DNA of 63,965 nt, counting the filler, from Octopus bimaculoides (taxonomy: Eukaryota), in the NCBI RefSeq assembly GCF_001194135.2. It is 6 parts of 5 records of this genome, joined end to end, with 100 filler letters (N's around TTAATTAATTAA, not from the genome) between each part and the next. Parts side by side here need not be neighbours in the genome. Positions count along the whole stretch, not along the records: positions 1 to 17,947 come from NC_068981.1; positions 18,048 to 43,462 come from NC_069006.1; 4 more parts are not named here. One strand, written 5' to 3'. The position numbers were made by a program, and so were the translations under genes. Shown in pieces: positions 11,801-25,624 of the stretch. Numbering within the stretch: position 1 is the stretch's first letter; every line of letters begins with the position of its first letter. A model generated the notes under the pieces. It did no database searches, was not told the DNA's origin, and was given only the letters and a program-made list of their open reading frames with translations.

Positions 11801-13149
11801 AATTTTGAAAGGGGAGAAAGGTTCAGTTTACATCTCTGCTATGTGATCTGCATTCTCTTATCAATTTTTATAATTAACAAAAATCTGATTTTGAATTTAG
11901 TGCAATGCAGTGTCCAGTGATGTTGTGGATGGATACAGTCTTTAATTGAAAACCACGTGTCTTAATTGTTGGGCATCCATGATCAATAGATTAGACAGCA
12001 TGCAGAACAAAGCTTTCTTTTGAATTGATTTTCTACGTGGATGCCTAAGTGTTCAAGAGAACTCTGCAGACAACCCAACTAAAGATTACACTTAGTGGAA
12101 ATGAATGCTACACAAAAGCAAAAATTCCGGATGAATCCAAACTGGTGGTACTCATAGTCCTCTGTGGGGCAGACCTCCATTGTAGAATGCAAAACGTTCG
12201 ATCCAGCAATAGAATACCTGGACTCCAAGTTTATAAAGAAAAGGTTCAGCCATAATGATGTCCTATGCTACGAATTCATAAATGAAAGGAAAACTAGTCT
12301 ATAGAGGAATTTGTCGAGCCTTCAGGTGCTGGTTGAGAAGTGTAAAATCCAAGACCAAGCTGCAGACCACTAATTAGGTTGACTTCTTGAGTCATCAAAT
12401 GACAGTCTGGAAGCACTTTATAATCTTGCTCAAACCATGGTGGTAGCCACTGAGGACAAACCTATTGCAAGTCTCAACTAGTAAGCGGTCAACTACTCAT
12501 CTTCACTGTCATGAAATTAAATGTGGTGAAGACATACATAAAAAGTTCAATGCCCAGCAGGAAAGGCCACTGGGAGATCTCTTTCTCAAAAATTGCCACC
12601 AAGAAACAAACAAAACTCACCAAAATAGCAAACTCCAACTAGGAAATACCTGTAGTGTTAATTTCCTTCAGATTATCAGAATCTACCAGTCAGCAGTTAA
12701 AATTGACTTAAAGCACACTCCCCAGCCTGTGTCATTCTGCATAACCTCAAATTCACAATGTGTGAACTACTTCCAGGCATTGTCCCTGGTGAGCTCAGTG
12801 CTTTGTGACATCCAGCTGAAGAAGACTGGTGGTTGACTACTCAGGCACTATAAATATCTACATGCAGTTGGATGCCTGTCCTGTTCTCTGGATTGATTTG
12901 ATAATCTGAATGAAATCACAGCAGTGTTGGAGATAGCCATGGCAACTGAAACCATCTCAAGGTAGTTGTGGTTGATGATTAGATAAAACCCTTCTGGCAA
13001 AGACTAATTCAGTCCTTACTACCCCATTCAGGTGAGGCATATAATAGGCTAATGCTTGTTGTTTTGGGGGCAAATGAACTTTCCAATGTATTTTAAACAT
13101 TTACATTAGAAATTAAATCAAAACTCGTTACCCACCTTACAGGCAAATA

Positions 13150-14254
13150 AAATTACAAGTAAATAAAAAGTAAAATGTAGTAAATTTGAAAAATATTTAT
13201 ACAATCTAATCATACATACAGACAATATTCACACAATATTTTTGTGGAAAGTTGTAATATATCCCACTGCATACTGCAACCTTGCAGAATGCACATTGGA
13301 AAGATGTTTCAAATGGCCTTCCACTGGGAGTTTTTCTTTGTTAATGTAGACATTCATGGCACTGCCTTTTGTGACACCCATTTTTTCCCTAATTTATGGA
13401 GATCAGCTGAACTCTGGTGCCCATGTACTTGTATAATTGAGGTTCACAAATGGGGTGTCATTTTCATCTACACGTGGTTGTGCACTGGTAGATAGAAAAT
13501 TTATCTGCCTCTTATCTCTTTCTGTCTGTGGTCACTAGCAGATTTCTTTTCTGCCATTGGATTATTTCACTTTTTTTATATCCAATGACAGCTCTTTTCT
13601 ACTAGCAATTACTGTAGCATATGTATATGTTGTCACAGCTAAATCCACTGCAAGTTTGACTAAACTAAAAAATTGGTCAAAAAATGTATGGCCCTGGTTG
13701 TATGGAAGTGATAAATTCAAGACTTTCGTACCCTTGGCCATGCTGACTAACATTGTTGTCTCTTCCCAGTATGAAAATTAAATCCATAGCAGTACCCAGT
13801 ATTTACTTCACAAATTTTCCAAAATTTTGACACCCCCCACTTCGTGGGCTTTCTTGGTATATGCTGTTGGAAGCATATCCTTTCTTTATACCTCACCATG
13901 CCATCTTTGACAGATAAGTATCTCTCAGAACTTTTTACTCCATTTCGATGTAAAATCGTCCTTGCTGTCGCTGCTTTCAGTTTCGGATACAGAAATATCC
14001 GATTCATTCTCGTACACTGTGCTTCTGTATTTCCTTTTTCTCTCTCTATCTCCATATCTTCCGTTGATAAAAATCACAGAAAATGTGGAAAAAAAAATCT
14101 CCCAAAATTCACTGAGTTCAGATATCACATCAATGTCAGATATTATAACTCAACTATTTACAAAGTGAAATGGTGTCATTTTCACAAATGTACTAACAAG
14201 ATTCATTTAAATAACAATGGGTACTCTCAGCCAGGTTGGTATCGAAAGGGTTAA
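13150..14254 (-). mobile_element. Decayed piggyBac transposon (transposase pseudogene) in TCTP intron 2
   Basis: The minus strand gives LSVKDGMVRYKERICFQQHIPRKPTKWG, PYNQGHTFFDQFFSLVKLA and the Cys-rich tail CHECLH.QRKTPSGRPFETSFQCAFCKVAVC. The end reads TTAA-CCCTTTCG (14243-14254 on +: cgaaagggttaa). Confidence 0.88.
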
Positions 14255-14718
14255 ACTGGAAACGACAGACTGAGATGTGGTTCTAACAAATTTCACTGAA
14301 TAAGAACAGTTTTAAATCGTGACAACCTATTCCAGCATGGAGGAATGAAAGTAAAAATGGTATAAAAGCATACACTGCCTTATAAAAACATGTTAAATTT
14401 TTATTTGATTATCTTGTAACTTTTTGTAGTCTTGGTTATTCAGTATACATTTGAGTTTCATTTATCATGGTTTGTAATTAAAATGTTTGCATTGTTTTAA
14501 CATAAAGCTCTTCCGGCAAACTTTTTCATCATGCCATAGGTGACAGAGGAAAAGATCCCAAGTGTGATTGTATTTGATCTTTTTGAAACTTTGATTGCGA
14601 AAATGATTGAGAGGTTATATTACAACTTGAAATAACAGTCTGTGGTTTAGTGAAGATAAAAGCCTTTGAGGCACCATTTAATCAAGTTGCTTCAAAGTTA
14701 TAAATTTCTTTATTGCAG

Positions 14719-14897
14719 TATATTACTGGACAGAGTGAAACATTTGACATTGGTGCCAATCCTTCAGCTGAAGAGGCTTCAGAAACCTATAATGATGTGG
14801 GTGCTTCAGGAATTAACATTGTCTTATACCACAGGCTGGTGGAGGTTTATATAGACAAACCCTACTTTAAAGATCATTTGAAATCCAGTACCAAAAA
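14719..14897 (+). CDS. TPT1: TCTP coding exon 3 (YITGQSETFDIGANPSAEE...SGINIVLYHRLVE...HLKSSTK-K); downstream exons not found
   Basis: ttattgcag acceptor and AA|gtgagt donor (phase 2). IGANPSAEE is the TCTP signature-1 region, in frame with exon 2. Confidence 0.9.
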
Positions 14898-15329
14898 GTG
14901 AGTTTTACACTTTTATGTAATTTTAAATTCATATAAAGTTTTATACATAGAGGTCTTGTAATACTTTCAGATTATTCTGCATGCAACGTTAATAACTGAG
15001 TCACCATCATCTATGCATGCATGAGTGGGACAACTGACAGGAGATGGCCAGGTATAAGACTACCCCAGTTCTCCTTTCACATTGTGTGCATTAGCACACA
15101 GTATGCTTACTATTAAGTAAACAAAACATCACTTTATACAAGTGGTATTGCAATTTTATCTGAAAAGTTATGGCTGTGTGGTTGATAAGTTTCTTTCCTA
15201 ACTGTTATCACAGGCTCAATACCATTCTGTGGCACTTTGAGCATGTCTTCTTCTGTAAACCCTGGGTTGACCAAAGCATTGTGAGTGGATTTAGTTGACA
15301 GCTTTGTCTTGACATTTGATGGTTGTAGA

Positions 15330-17300
15330 TGAGTGTCACTGTCATTCCAGTGATGTTGTTTCCAGTCTTCCATAAGGAATTTGTCTAACCGTGAGGAAAT
15401 ATTGCTTTGATTGAAAACAGGTGGGGGTTTGGTGTTAGTGAGAGAAGGGTATCTAGCCTGATCTTGCAGATGTATATTGTTGCATACCTCTNNNNNNNNN
15501 NNNNNNNNNNNNNNNNNNNNNNNNNNNNNNNNNNNNNNNNNNNNNNNNNNNNNNNNNNNNNNNNNNNNNNNNNNNNNNNNNNNNNNNNNNNNNNNNNNNN
15601 NNNNNNNNNNNNNNNNNNNNNNNNNNNNNNNNNNNNNNNNNNNNNNNNNNNNNNNNNNNNNNNNNNNNNNNNNNNNNNNNNNNNNNNNNNNNNNNNNNNN
15701 NNNNNNNNNNNNNNNNNNNNNNNNNNNNNNNNNNNNNNNNNNNNNNNNNNNNNNNNNNNNNNNNNNNNNNNNNNNNNNNNNNNNNNNNNNNNNNNNNNNN
15801 NNNNNNNNNNNNNNNNNNNNNNNNNNNNNNNNNNNNNNNNNNNNNNNNNNNNNNNNNNNNNNNNNNNNNNNNNNNNNNNNNNNNNNNNNNNNNNNNNNNN
15901 NNNNNNNNNNNNNNNNNNNNNNNNNNNNNNNNNNNNNNNNNNNNNNNNNNNNNNNNNNNNNNNNNNNNNNNNNNNNNNNNNNNNNNNNNNNNNNNNNNNN
16001 NNNNNNNNNNNNNNNNNNNNNNNNNNNNNNNNNNNNNNNNNNNNNNNNNNNNNNNNNNNNNNNNNNNNNNNNNNNNNNNNNNNNNNNNNNNNNNNNNNNN
16101 NNNNNNNNNNNNNNNNNNNNNNNNNNNNNNNNNNNNNNNNNNNNNNNNNNNNNNNNNNNNNNNNNNNNNNNNNNNNNNNNNNNNNNNNNNNNNNNNNNNN
16201 NNNNNNNNNNNNNNNNNNNNNNNNNNNNNNNNNNNNNNNNNNNNNNTTATTATCCTCAGCCCATCTGTAAATTGAGTTCAACTCCTGCTGCAGATGTGCA
16301 ACATCGCTGGGGTTTTGTATTTTCTGTGAGACTTTTGTATTGTCTGCATAGCTAGCAAGGGTGGCTATCCGGGCAGTTGAGGGCATATGAGAGGGCCACT
16401 GTGAAAAGCAGTGGTCCTAAGACAGTGCCCTGCGGAATACTGTTCACTATCTTAGTTTTCATTGACGTGACTCCTTTGGCCACTACTGCCTGACCAAGTT
16501 TTCCAGCTATGCCAAGATCACGCAGTTTGTGGGATATCATATCATGATCCACTTTATCAGAAGCTTTTGCAAAATCAAGGTATATTACGTCCACATTTGA
16601 GTTGAGTAACTGCCTCAGCACCCAATCATAATGGTGTAAGAGCTGGGTCAGGCAGCTCCTACCTAGTAGAAAGCCATGCTGGGTATCACTCAGCAAGTTA
16701 TTTTCTTCAAGGAATGCGATTGGTTTCACTCTGACTATCCGTTTGCTGATGTGTGAAGTCAAAGAAATGGGCCTATAGTTTTTGGCATCTGCTCTGCTTC
16801 CCCCTTTATGGATTGGACATATTCCCTCCTTCAACTTGCTTGGCAGCCTGCCATTTGCAAGGAAGCTCTGGAAGATAATCTGTAGAGGTTTTGCCATGGT
16901 ATGCTTACATGATTTGAGGATTGCTGTGAAGCCATCAGGACCAGCTGTTGAGTTTGTGTCCACCTCCTCTATGTCTAGTAGTATATCTTCTTCACTAATG
17001 TTGATGTATTCCATTGTAACTGACTCGCTGGTTACAGGTGAGGTGGCAAAGAAATCCACTGGTTTGTTCACTTGTCTATGTTCCAGTAGGGTTGTAAAGA
17101 CACTTCTGATCCTAGTTGGACTTTCTGTGAGGGAGCCATCTTTTTGGAATAGGGGTCCTATCTTGCAGCATACTGAGGCTGTCTTTCGTATAATGAAAGG
17201 CCTTTGGGTTTGACTTCATGTTTTTTTATAATCCAGGCTTCTTTGTCTGCTCTCTCCCACACATAGGATTATTGCAGGCTTTTTTCAATCTCCATCAGTG
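15330..17300 (-). mobile_element. CR1/L2-type LINE reverse transcriptase remnant (split by an N gap)
   Basis: AGPDG, KNYRPISLTSH, QHGF..GRSCLTQLL, DVIYLDFAKA.DKVDH, PQGTVLGPLLF and YADNTK are RT motifs. Confidence 0.92.
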
Positions 17301-17749
17301 TTGTTTTGGGCTGAACCTTTCGCTACTTTTGGAATGTTGGTTTATACATAATTTATTTTTTAGAGAAACAAAAGATGGGTTACCAATATGCATATAATAA
17401 AATATATTCCGTTATGAAAATATTATGTGCTCAAAATCATCTTCATGCAATAAAAATATATAGATATATCAATACAAACACTAAGAATACATTAAGTTTA
17501 TATATATATAGTCCTACTTACAATAAAAGTGATGTTAAAAATATAGATAGAATGGGTGGAGTATAAAATCAGTAGAATGTTATAAATCCATATGGAGGTT
17601 ATAAGTCCTTATGTTCTAATGGGGGTGTAGTGGTCCAAAGATATAATATATTTTAAAGTAAATGGACTTTAAAATTTTTTTATTTATATTTTTAATATAG
17701 TTGACATTGTAAGTAGGACTATATATTTGTATGATCTTAATGTATTCTT

Positions 17750-17947
17750 CATCATCATCATCATCATCGTTTAACGTCCGCTTTCCATGCTAGCATGGGT
17801 TGGATGATTTGACTGAGGACTGGTGAAACCGGATGGCAACACCAGGCTCCAATCTAATTTGGCAGAGTTTCTACAGCTGGATGCCCTTCCTAACGCCAAC
17901 CACTCAGAGTGTAGTGGGTGCTTTTACGTGTCACCTGCACGAAAATG
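17750..17947 (-). mobile_element. SINE or LINE 3' end with an RTE-type (ATG)n tail
   Basis: catcatcatcgtttaacgtccgctttccatgctagcatgggttgg...ctggatgcccttcctaacgccaaccact. An opposite-orientation copy lies at 22290-22460. Confidence 0.7.
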
Positions 17948-18047
17948 NNNNNNNNNNNNNNNNNNNNNNNNNNNNNNNNNNNNNNNNNNNNTTAATTAAT
18001 TAANNNNNNNNNNNNNNNNNNNNNNNNNNNNNNNNNNNNNNNNNNNN
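17948..18047. other. Artificial scaffold spacer (44N-TTAATTAATTAA-44N)
   Basis: Exactly 100 bp. The 12-mer has stop codons in all six frames, and the identical structure occurs five times. Confidence 0.95.
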
Positions 18048-18099
<52 letters not shown>

Positions 18100-18288
18100 T
18101 GTAGGGGACAGCTTTTCTTTAAACATGTTGCATTAAAGAAACAAAAACCTATTTTTCTTTTTTGTTTTGTTTTTTTTTTCTTGGAATTTAATGTAGCTTT
18201 GGCCAGAAACAAACTTTGTGTTAGATTCTTGAAAAAAAAAAAGAGATAAGATATTTATGTTTTCTGTTCCCTTTTGTTGTGTTTCCAG

Positions 18289-18370
18289 ATGAAGAGAGGG
18301 CATCGAACTGTTCTAATGACTATGATCGAAGTTCAGAAGTGCGGAGCAAGTTAAGCATTCGTCTTCCAAA
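18289..18370 (+). CDS. AFAP1-like exon (first recoverable; phase 1 start)
   Basis: tttccag acceptor and AA|gtgagt donor. It encodes DEERASNCSNDYDRSSEVRSKLSIRLPK. Confidence 0.75.
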
Positions 18371-20108
18371 GTGAGTTGTTTGTTCTGGTCTGGTTTAGTC
18401 TGTTTTTTTTGTTGAAGCGTTGCCAGTTCTACAATTGTGTGTCGATGTTTGTTTACTGAGAGAATGTCTGAGACAGAGAAAGAAGGATAACAGTGGCCAT
18501 GACATTTACAGGCTCCCCTCCTCAGTTTTTGAGGAAGGAAGGATTTAACGAAGAAAATGGTTTTAATTTTAATTTTTAATTTCTTGTATTTACGCGTCTT
18601 TTTTCTTTCCTTTTTTTTTATGCTTCCCTTTGTCTCTTTCTGCTTATTCTTTCTGTCTCTCTTTCATTTCTTGTCTTTTAGAAATCTGAAGAAAATAAAG
18701 AAAGGTAAACACAGCCGCAAAACTCATTCGTCCTCTCAGTTGGAACTCGTTCAACCTGTGAAGAGCCTCGAAGATATTGTCATCTCAGGGGAGTTGTACC
18801 TCAAGAAGAAGCTGACATGGAGCAAGCGTTTTGTTGTGATCAGCGCTGGACGTCTCATGTGTTACAAATCAGAACAGGATCTTCGGCCTTGTGTCGTTGT
18901 TAACCTGGCTGGCTACTCTGTCAACTTTATCGATCGTGACAGTCGTCATGGATACGAACTGAAACTGGTGCACCCCACCTCTGAGACGCTCCATTTCTCT
19001 GTCGATTACCGTGACTGGGCTCTCATCTGGACTGAGGTAAGTAGATTCCTCCCTGGGACATGCTGTCTTCAGTTCTCTGATTCCATGTTTCTTCTGCTGC
19101 TACAAAAATGCAAGGGTGAGGAGTCGGATGATGTACCAAGGACCCAACTTTTACCATTTACTTTCACATCCCCTCACCACCCCTCACAGTCTTTTATTAT
19201 AGAAACCTACCAGTCACTGCTGTTAGCTTATCATCTTCTCATGACATAGTTGAGTAGGTGTGTGAGGCCAGTTTCAACATAAAACAGAATATTTGGGCCA
19301 CTGGATATGACTGGTTTAAAGGCTGAAAGGGTTAAGCCACTGGTTTGCCACAGTTGCTAGAGATGGTTGTCTGTAGAAGACCTGAAGGTTCCCATCTACT
19401 CTTGTGCCACCAGATTTTAGTAACTTAATTATTCTCTTGGATAGTTTGTCATCATTAACACATGTGCATATGTTTTGGTTAATTTTTGAATATTCTTTGA
19501 TGAATTCTTTGCAGGGAATGAGATGTGTTTCTGAAGGTCGACCAGTTCCTAATTCTCCACACTTTCTCAACAGACCATTCAGTGGCCATTCCGATTCTGG
19601 GATGGGAAGCAGAGTAAGTAAACCATTTTGGACGAATTCTTCAAAAGTTTCTTTTGCTGGTTTTGTCATCCTTTCTCTGTGTATACATGTACACACACGC
19701 GCACGTGTGTGCATGTGTGTGTGTATGTCTATATGTATGTGTACATGTGTATGTATATGCTTATCACTTTGTATCCGCATATATTATGCGTGTGCAATCA
19801 CCAACTAGTCCTTTTATTTCTGTTTTGTGTTCATGCACAGAGCAATACACACACACATGCATGCACGTGCACACACACGCACACACACACAGGTATCTGT
19901 CAATATTAGCATGTGTGTGTATGTGTTTTTGAGTTTCTGCATATGTGTGTGTGTGTGTGTGTGTGTGTGTATTCACCTTATGTAAATGTGGATCCAATAA
20001 CGTGGCAGTCTCTCTGATTGGAGAGCCAGGAGACTCAAAGACCATTTGTAGCTGTCATTAATCTTCTTGTTTAAGAAGTCTAAATGTGTACTCTTACAAC
20101 ATAATAAT

Positions 20109-20147
<39 letters not shown>

Positions 20148-23100
20148 TAGACAGAAAACGGAATGAAGGTCATTCTTTCAAATCTCTATTGTTTTGATGC
20201 ATTTTTACACCTTTTGTACATTGGTGAGATGTTACGTAATCTTTATCACCCATCCAAAGTGCACACACACACACACACACATTCAGATGTTGCGTGTTTG
20301 TTTTGCCTATGAAGGTATAAGTGTGTGTGTGTGTGTCTTTGTGATATACATTTATATTTATATATATATATTTATATTTATTATATTTATATATATATAT
20401 ATATGTATTTATATTTATTATATATATATATATATATATGTATTTATATTTATTATACTTATATATATGTCTCTGTTTGATATGATTTTATGCTTTTTGC
20501 AAATTTGTGTTATTTCAGTGTTGTAACCTGCCATGTTGGAAGCTTTTTTTTTTACCAATTTTNNNNNNNNNNNNNNNNNNNNNNNNNNNNNNNNNNNNNN
20601 NNNNNNNNNNNNNNNNNNNNNNNNNNNNNNNNNNNNNNNNNNNNNNNNNNNNNNNNNNNNNNNNNNNNNNNNNNNNNNNNNNNNNNNNNNNNNNNNNNNN
20701 NNNNNNNNNNNNNNNNNNNNNNNNNNNNNNNNNNNNNNNNNNNNNNNNNNNNNNNNNNNNNGTGTTCTTCCTTCTCTCTCACCATTCCATCTTACCATAG
20801 ACGGAAACTGAAAGAAGCCTGTCGTGTGTGTGTGTGTGTGTATGTGTTTGTCTACCACCACCACCACCACTTGACAACCGGTGTTGGTTTGTTTACATTC
20901 CTGTAACTTAGCAGTTTGGCAAAAAAAAAAAAACCCACCGATATAATAAGCACCAAGCTTTTTTAAAAAAAAAGTGTTAGGGTCAATTCATTTGGCTAAA
21001 ATTCATCAAGGCGGTGCTCCAGCATGGCCACAGTCTAATGACTGAAACAAGTAAAAGAAGGAATGACTATGAATATGGTGTGCTTTATCATTGTCCTCAT
21101 GGCAAATTTTCCTATACACCGACATTTGTTGCAGCGAATTTTCCAGCCATGCCCTCCACTGAAATTGCTGGCCTTGTGCCAAAATTTGATGCCATTGTTA
21201 CATTTCTTGTTTCTTTTTTTTCTTTCTCTCCTTTTATCAGTGGTTCACCTGGGCCAATGTCACTACATTACAGGTAAAAATATTGACAACAAGAACGCCA
21301 ACACTGGGGTGTATATATATATATATGTATATATATCACACACATGTATATATATATACACCCAGTCATTCTCGGACGTTCTACATTCATGTTTCTTCTG
21401 TTTTTCTTCTTTTTCTTGGTTCCTTTTTATCTTTTTGTTAGGTGTGTGTGTGTGTGTGTGTGTATACGTATACACACACACACACACATATACATACACA
21501 CGTATGTAATATATATATATGTATATATCTTTAAATATATATATGTATTTTTATATATGTGTTGCTTCTTGAATTTGCTTGTTTTTTTCTTTTTTCTTTT
21601 TTGGTTTTATTTGATTTTTCTTGTTTGTTTATCCCCCCACCCCACCCCCTTTCATATACAAAAAAAAAAGAAACAAACAAACTAACTCATTGCTGCTGCT
21701 GTTGCTGCTGTTGCTGCTCTCTCATTAACTAACCATTTCATTGATTTTCCTTTATTAATCATTATGTTTTCCTTCTTGGTATTTGATACACCACCCTTTT
21801 TCCAGCACCATCCACCCTTTTTCCAGCACCATCCACCCTTTTTCCAGCACCATCCACCCTTTTTCCAGCACCATTTATCCATGACTTCATGTTTTTTTTT
21901 TTTCATTTTCATTTGTTTTTCTGGAAAAATAGAGATGTTTTTTATGTCTAAGAACATATATACATAAATATATATATATATATGTGTGTATATTGACACA
22001 GGTGTGGTTGTGTGGTAAGAAGCTTGTTTCCCAACCACATGGTTCTAGGTTCAGTCCCTTCGGCAATATCTTGTACTATAACCTGAAGTTGACCAAAGCC
22101 TTATGAGTGGATTTGGTAGACGGAAACTGAAAGAAGCCTGTTGTGTATATGCATATAAATGTCTGACCTTGGTGGTGTTTAGTTGGGTGCCTCTGGGATG
22201 TCTTCAATTTAATTAGATAACGAAGGGGGAAGAAGCAGAGATGAAGGTAGCATTTACAATTGTTTCAATTTATGTAAATATGTCTGTGTCACGCAAACGG
22301 CACCCATTACATTCTCGGAGTGGTTGGCGTTAGGAAGGGCATCCAGCCATAGAAAACCATGCCAAATCAGACTGGAGCCTGGTGCAGCCTCCCAGTGTGC
22401 CAGCCCAGTCAAGCTGTCCAACCCATACCAGCATGGACAACGGGTGTTAAATGATGGTGATGATAATATATACCCACACATATATATGCTGGGCTTCTTT
22501 CAGTTTCCATCTACCAAATCCACTTACAAGGCTTTAATCGGTCCAAAGCTATAGTAGAAGACACTTGCCCAAGGTGCTACACAGTGGGACTGAACCCAGA
22601 ACCATGATGTGGTTGGTAAGCAAGCTTCTTAGCACACATCCATCCCTGTGCCTAGAAACAGTTGGAAACAATTATTTAAAGCATATCAATTAAAAGGGCC
22701 TTTTTTTCCTGTTATATTTTTGCATCCCCTCCCCAATGCCCCACAATGTCAATTTTCCTGTTCGACCCCCATGGTTTTCCACCCCACTTCTCCAACCTTT
22801 TCTCTTCTTAACTAATTTTCTTCTGGGTTTTCTTTGTTTCCATGGAAATTTCAATTAACTCAACTTTTTTTAATGTTTTGTGTTTTTATTTACTATTTTC
22901 TTAATTTTTGGAGTTGTTTTTTTATTTGCTTAATGAACCTTTTAAACACGTTTGTATGTGTATGTATATATGTATATACACACGTGCATGCATATATATA
23001 TATATGTGTGTGTGTATATATATATATATGAAGGCACTTGAGCTTGTAGTTAGGGTGTTGCACTTGTGAACACCAGATCACAGTTTCAATTTCCAGGCTG

Positions 23101-23724
23101 GATGGTGTGTTGTGATTTTGAGCAAAACACTTCATTTTATATTGTTCCAGTCTGCTCAGCTTTAAATGGGGACCCCCCCCCCCCTGCAATCGTCTAGCCT
23201 TCCGATCGGGGTGGAATGTTGGCCTGTCCGTCTAGCCAGTGGGATGGCATCATTCAAAAGTTAAAATGAGGGAAAGTGCATTGTGACCAGCGATGTATAA
23301 CAACATCTGATAGTCTGGGCGATTACGTGATACATACATCCATATATATATATATGTATATATATAATATACATCGACAGGGTGCGTAAGGTATTTGAGA
23401 ACATAGCTTTTCTGAGTCGTTGCTGCATTTTTTGATAACTCTCTATAATCTTTGTTTCACATATAAAGAATAAAGTTCCTTCTCGAGCTATGTAGACTTA
23501 TGGGGCTGGTTTCCTGGCTTCTGTGACATATACATATATTCCTTCCTGGATGGGACGACAGTCCCTTGCAGGATTACTTACTTTTGTCAGCTGAGTGGAC
23601 TGGGCCAATGTGAAATGAAGTATTTTGCTCAATAACACAATGTGCTGCTTGGTCCAGAAACCGAAACCACAATCTTACAATCACAAGTGTAACACTGTAG
23701 CCACTAAGCCATGCACCTCCTTGT

Positions 23725-23795
<71 letters not shown>

Positions 23796-24023
23796 TACAC
23801 ACACACCCATATCGTCATTTACCTTCCTATGACAACATTTGACATTCAATATTTGTTATTCTTCTGTGAGTTTATTTCAAAACAATCCTCTCTATAAATG
23901 ACAAGTCAATTAATTTGGAATTGTCATTCCCTAATTATTTAATCTCTCTTCCTCTCTAATTATTCATCTCTTATATCTATACAACACATCTCCTTCTCTA
24001 ATTATCTCATGTTTATTTAAATC

Positions 24024-24085
<62 letters not shown>

Positions 24086-25592
24086 TCATTTATTGTGAGA
24101 TACTCAGGCAGGAAGTGTGCTGCTGTTTATGGTCGGCCGATTGTCATCTCGCTGCACACAGCCATCCTCTATCCTCCAAACATACTCCAGAAACATCTTT
24201 CTCTCACTGCGCTTGCTGGAAACTCTTCTCGTGGTTGTACATTGTCACAATCAGCAGTCCTTCATTCAGCGTCATCATGTTGTGACTCTTTTCCCTGCTG
24301 GTATGGGTTGAACAGTTAGACACCTGACTTTTATTTCTATGGCCAGAAGCTTTTCTTGTCTTCAGTCATTTTTATTACCTTTTACGAGACCCAGTGACAT
24401 AGTTATCCCTCTTCTACAATGGGACCACAAACAATATTTGTTCCTTATACAAGATTAGATAACAGAATTATGCCACATTCCTCAGAGAAAGTTTTTTTTA
24501 AAAAAAAACCTACCAAAATAGTTAGAAAATTAAAAATTTAGGACCCCCCCCTATATTGTAATATCTGTTTTGTTTTATGAATCATTTTTGTTGCAACCAA
24601 AATCGTGGACAGTATTGTTTACAGTTGTTCAAGAATTAATATGGTTTAGAAAAATAAAGTTCCAGGTTTAAATCCATTCTGTTTGACCTCCAGGTTACAA
24701 AACACCTGAGGGGGAACCAGAGACCAAAACTTAGTGGAACACAATCAACAGACAAACAATGAAGTTCTTTTAATCTTATATTCTGGAAGTTCTTGTATTC
24801 TTTGGATGAAAAATATGTCTAATTCTTAACTTGAATTATTGCTAATTAGTTTTTAATTGGAATAATACTGAATTGATGAATGTCATAATGCTAATTCTTG
24901 TTTATGATTATGCTAATTCTTGTATGTGATAATGATAATTTCTGTATGAGATAATGTTAATTGTTGTATGTGATAATGATAATTTCTGTACGAGATAATG
25001 TTAATTCTTACATGTGATATAATGTTAATTTTTGTATGAAATCCATTAACTTCTGCATGGGATAATGTTAAACCCAGCACCGTTAGAATGGTCATAATTC
25101 TTTAACAAGATGAATATTATTTTAACCTCTCTCAATGTTTAATACATGTGAGACATTATATATATANNNNNNNNNNNNNNNNNNNNNNNNNNNNNNNNNN
25201 NNNNNNNNNNNNNNNNNNNNNNNNNNNNNNNNNNNNNNNNNNNNNNNNNNNNNNNNNNNNNNNNNNNNNNNNNNNNNNNNNNNNNNNNNNNNNNNNNNNN
25301 NNNNNNNNNNNNNNNNNNNNNNNNNNNNNNNNNNNNNNNNNNNNNNNNNNNNNNNNNNNNNNNNNNNNNNNNNNNNNNNNNNNNNNNNNNNNNNNNNNNN
25401 NNNNNNNNNNNNNNNNNNNNNNNNNNNNNNNNNNNNNNNNNNNNNNNNNNNNNNNNNNNNNNNNNNNNNNNNNNNNNNNNNNNNNNNNNNNNNNNNNNNN
25501 NNNNNNNNNNNNNNNNNNNNNNNNNNNNNNNNNNNNNNNNNNNNNNNNNNNNNNNNNNNNNNNNNNNNNNNNNNNNNNNNNNNNNNNNNNNN

Positions 25593-25624
<32 letters not shown>

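Noticed and set aside
12030-12840. Short ORFs (12049, 12465) that look like a decayed element
   Set aside because: I could not identify any diagnostic motif, so I left the region unannotated.
17363-17396. ag|A GAA ACA AAA GAT GGG TTA... (ETKDGLPICI*) as a TCTP last exon, resembling FFKDGL
   Set aside because: The match is only 4 residues at the edge of a CR1 remnant, and it would delete the whole C-terminal half of TCTP.
14719-19036. In-frame TCTP-PH fusion: TCTP exon 3 ends in phase 2 and the PH1 exon at 18682 starts in phase 2
   Set aside because: The join crosses an artificial spacer (17948-18047), and the PH1 exon has its own phase-matched upstream exon (18289-18370). Accept it only if junction reads exist.
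19316-19808. Overlapping ORFs on both strands in AFAP-like intron
   Set aside because: They are partly microsatellite, have no splice-compatible boundaries or recognisable domain, and are probably a TE remnant.
21682-22038. ORF with WCWKKGG repeats; the 21-bp array superficially resembles a CRISPR or a repeat protein
   Set aside because: It is a head-to-tail minisatellite with no spacers, in a eukaryotic intron, with no splice or coding support.
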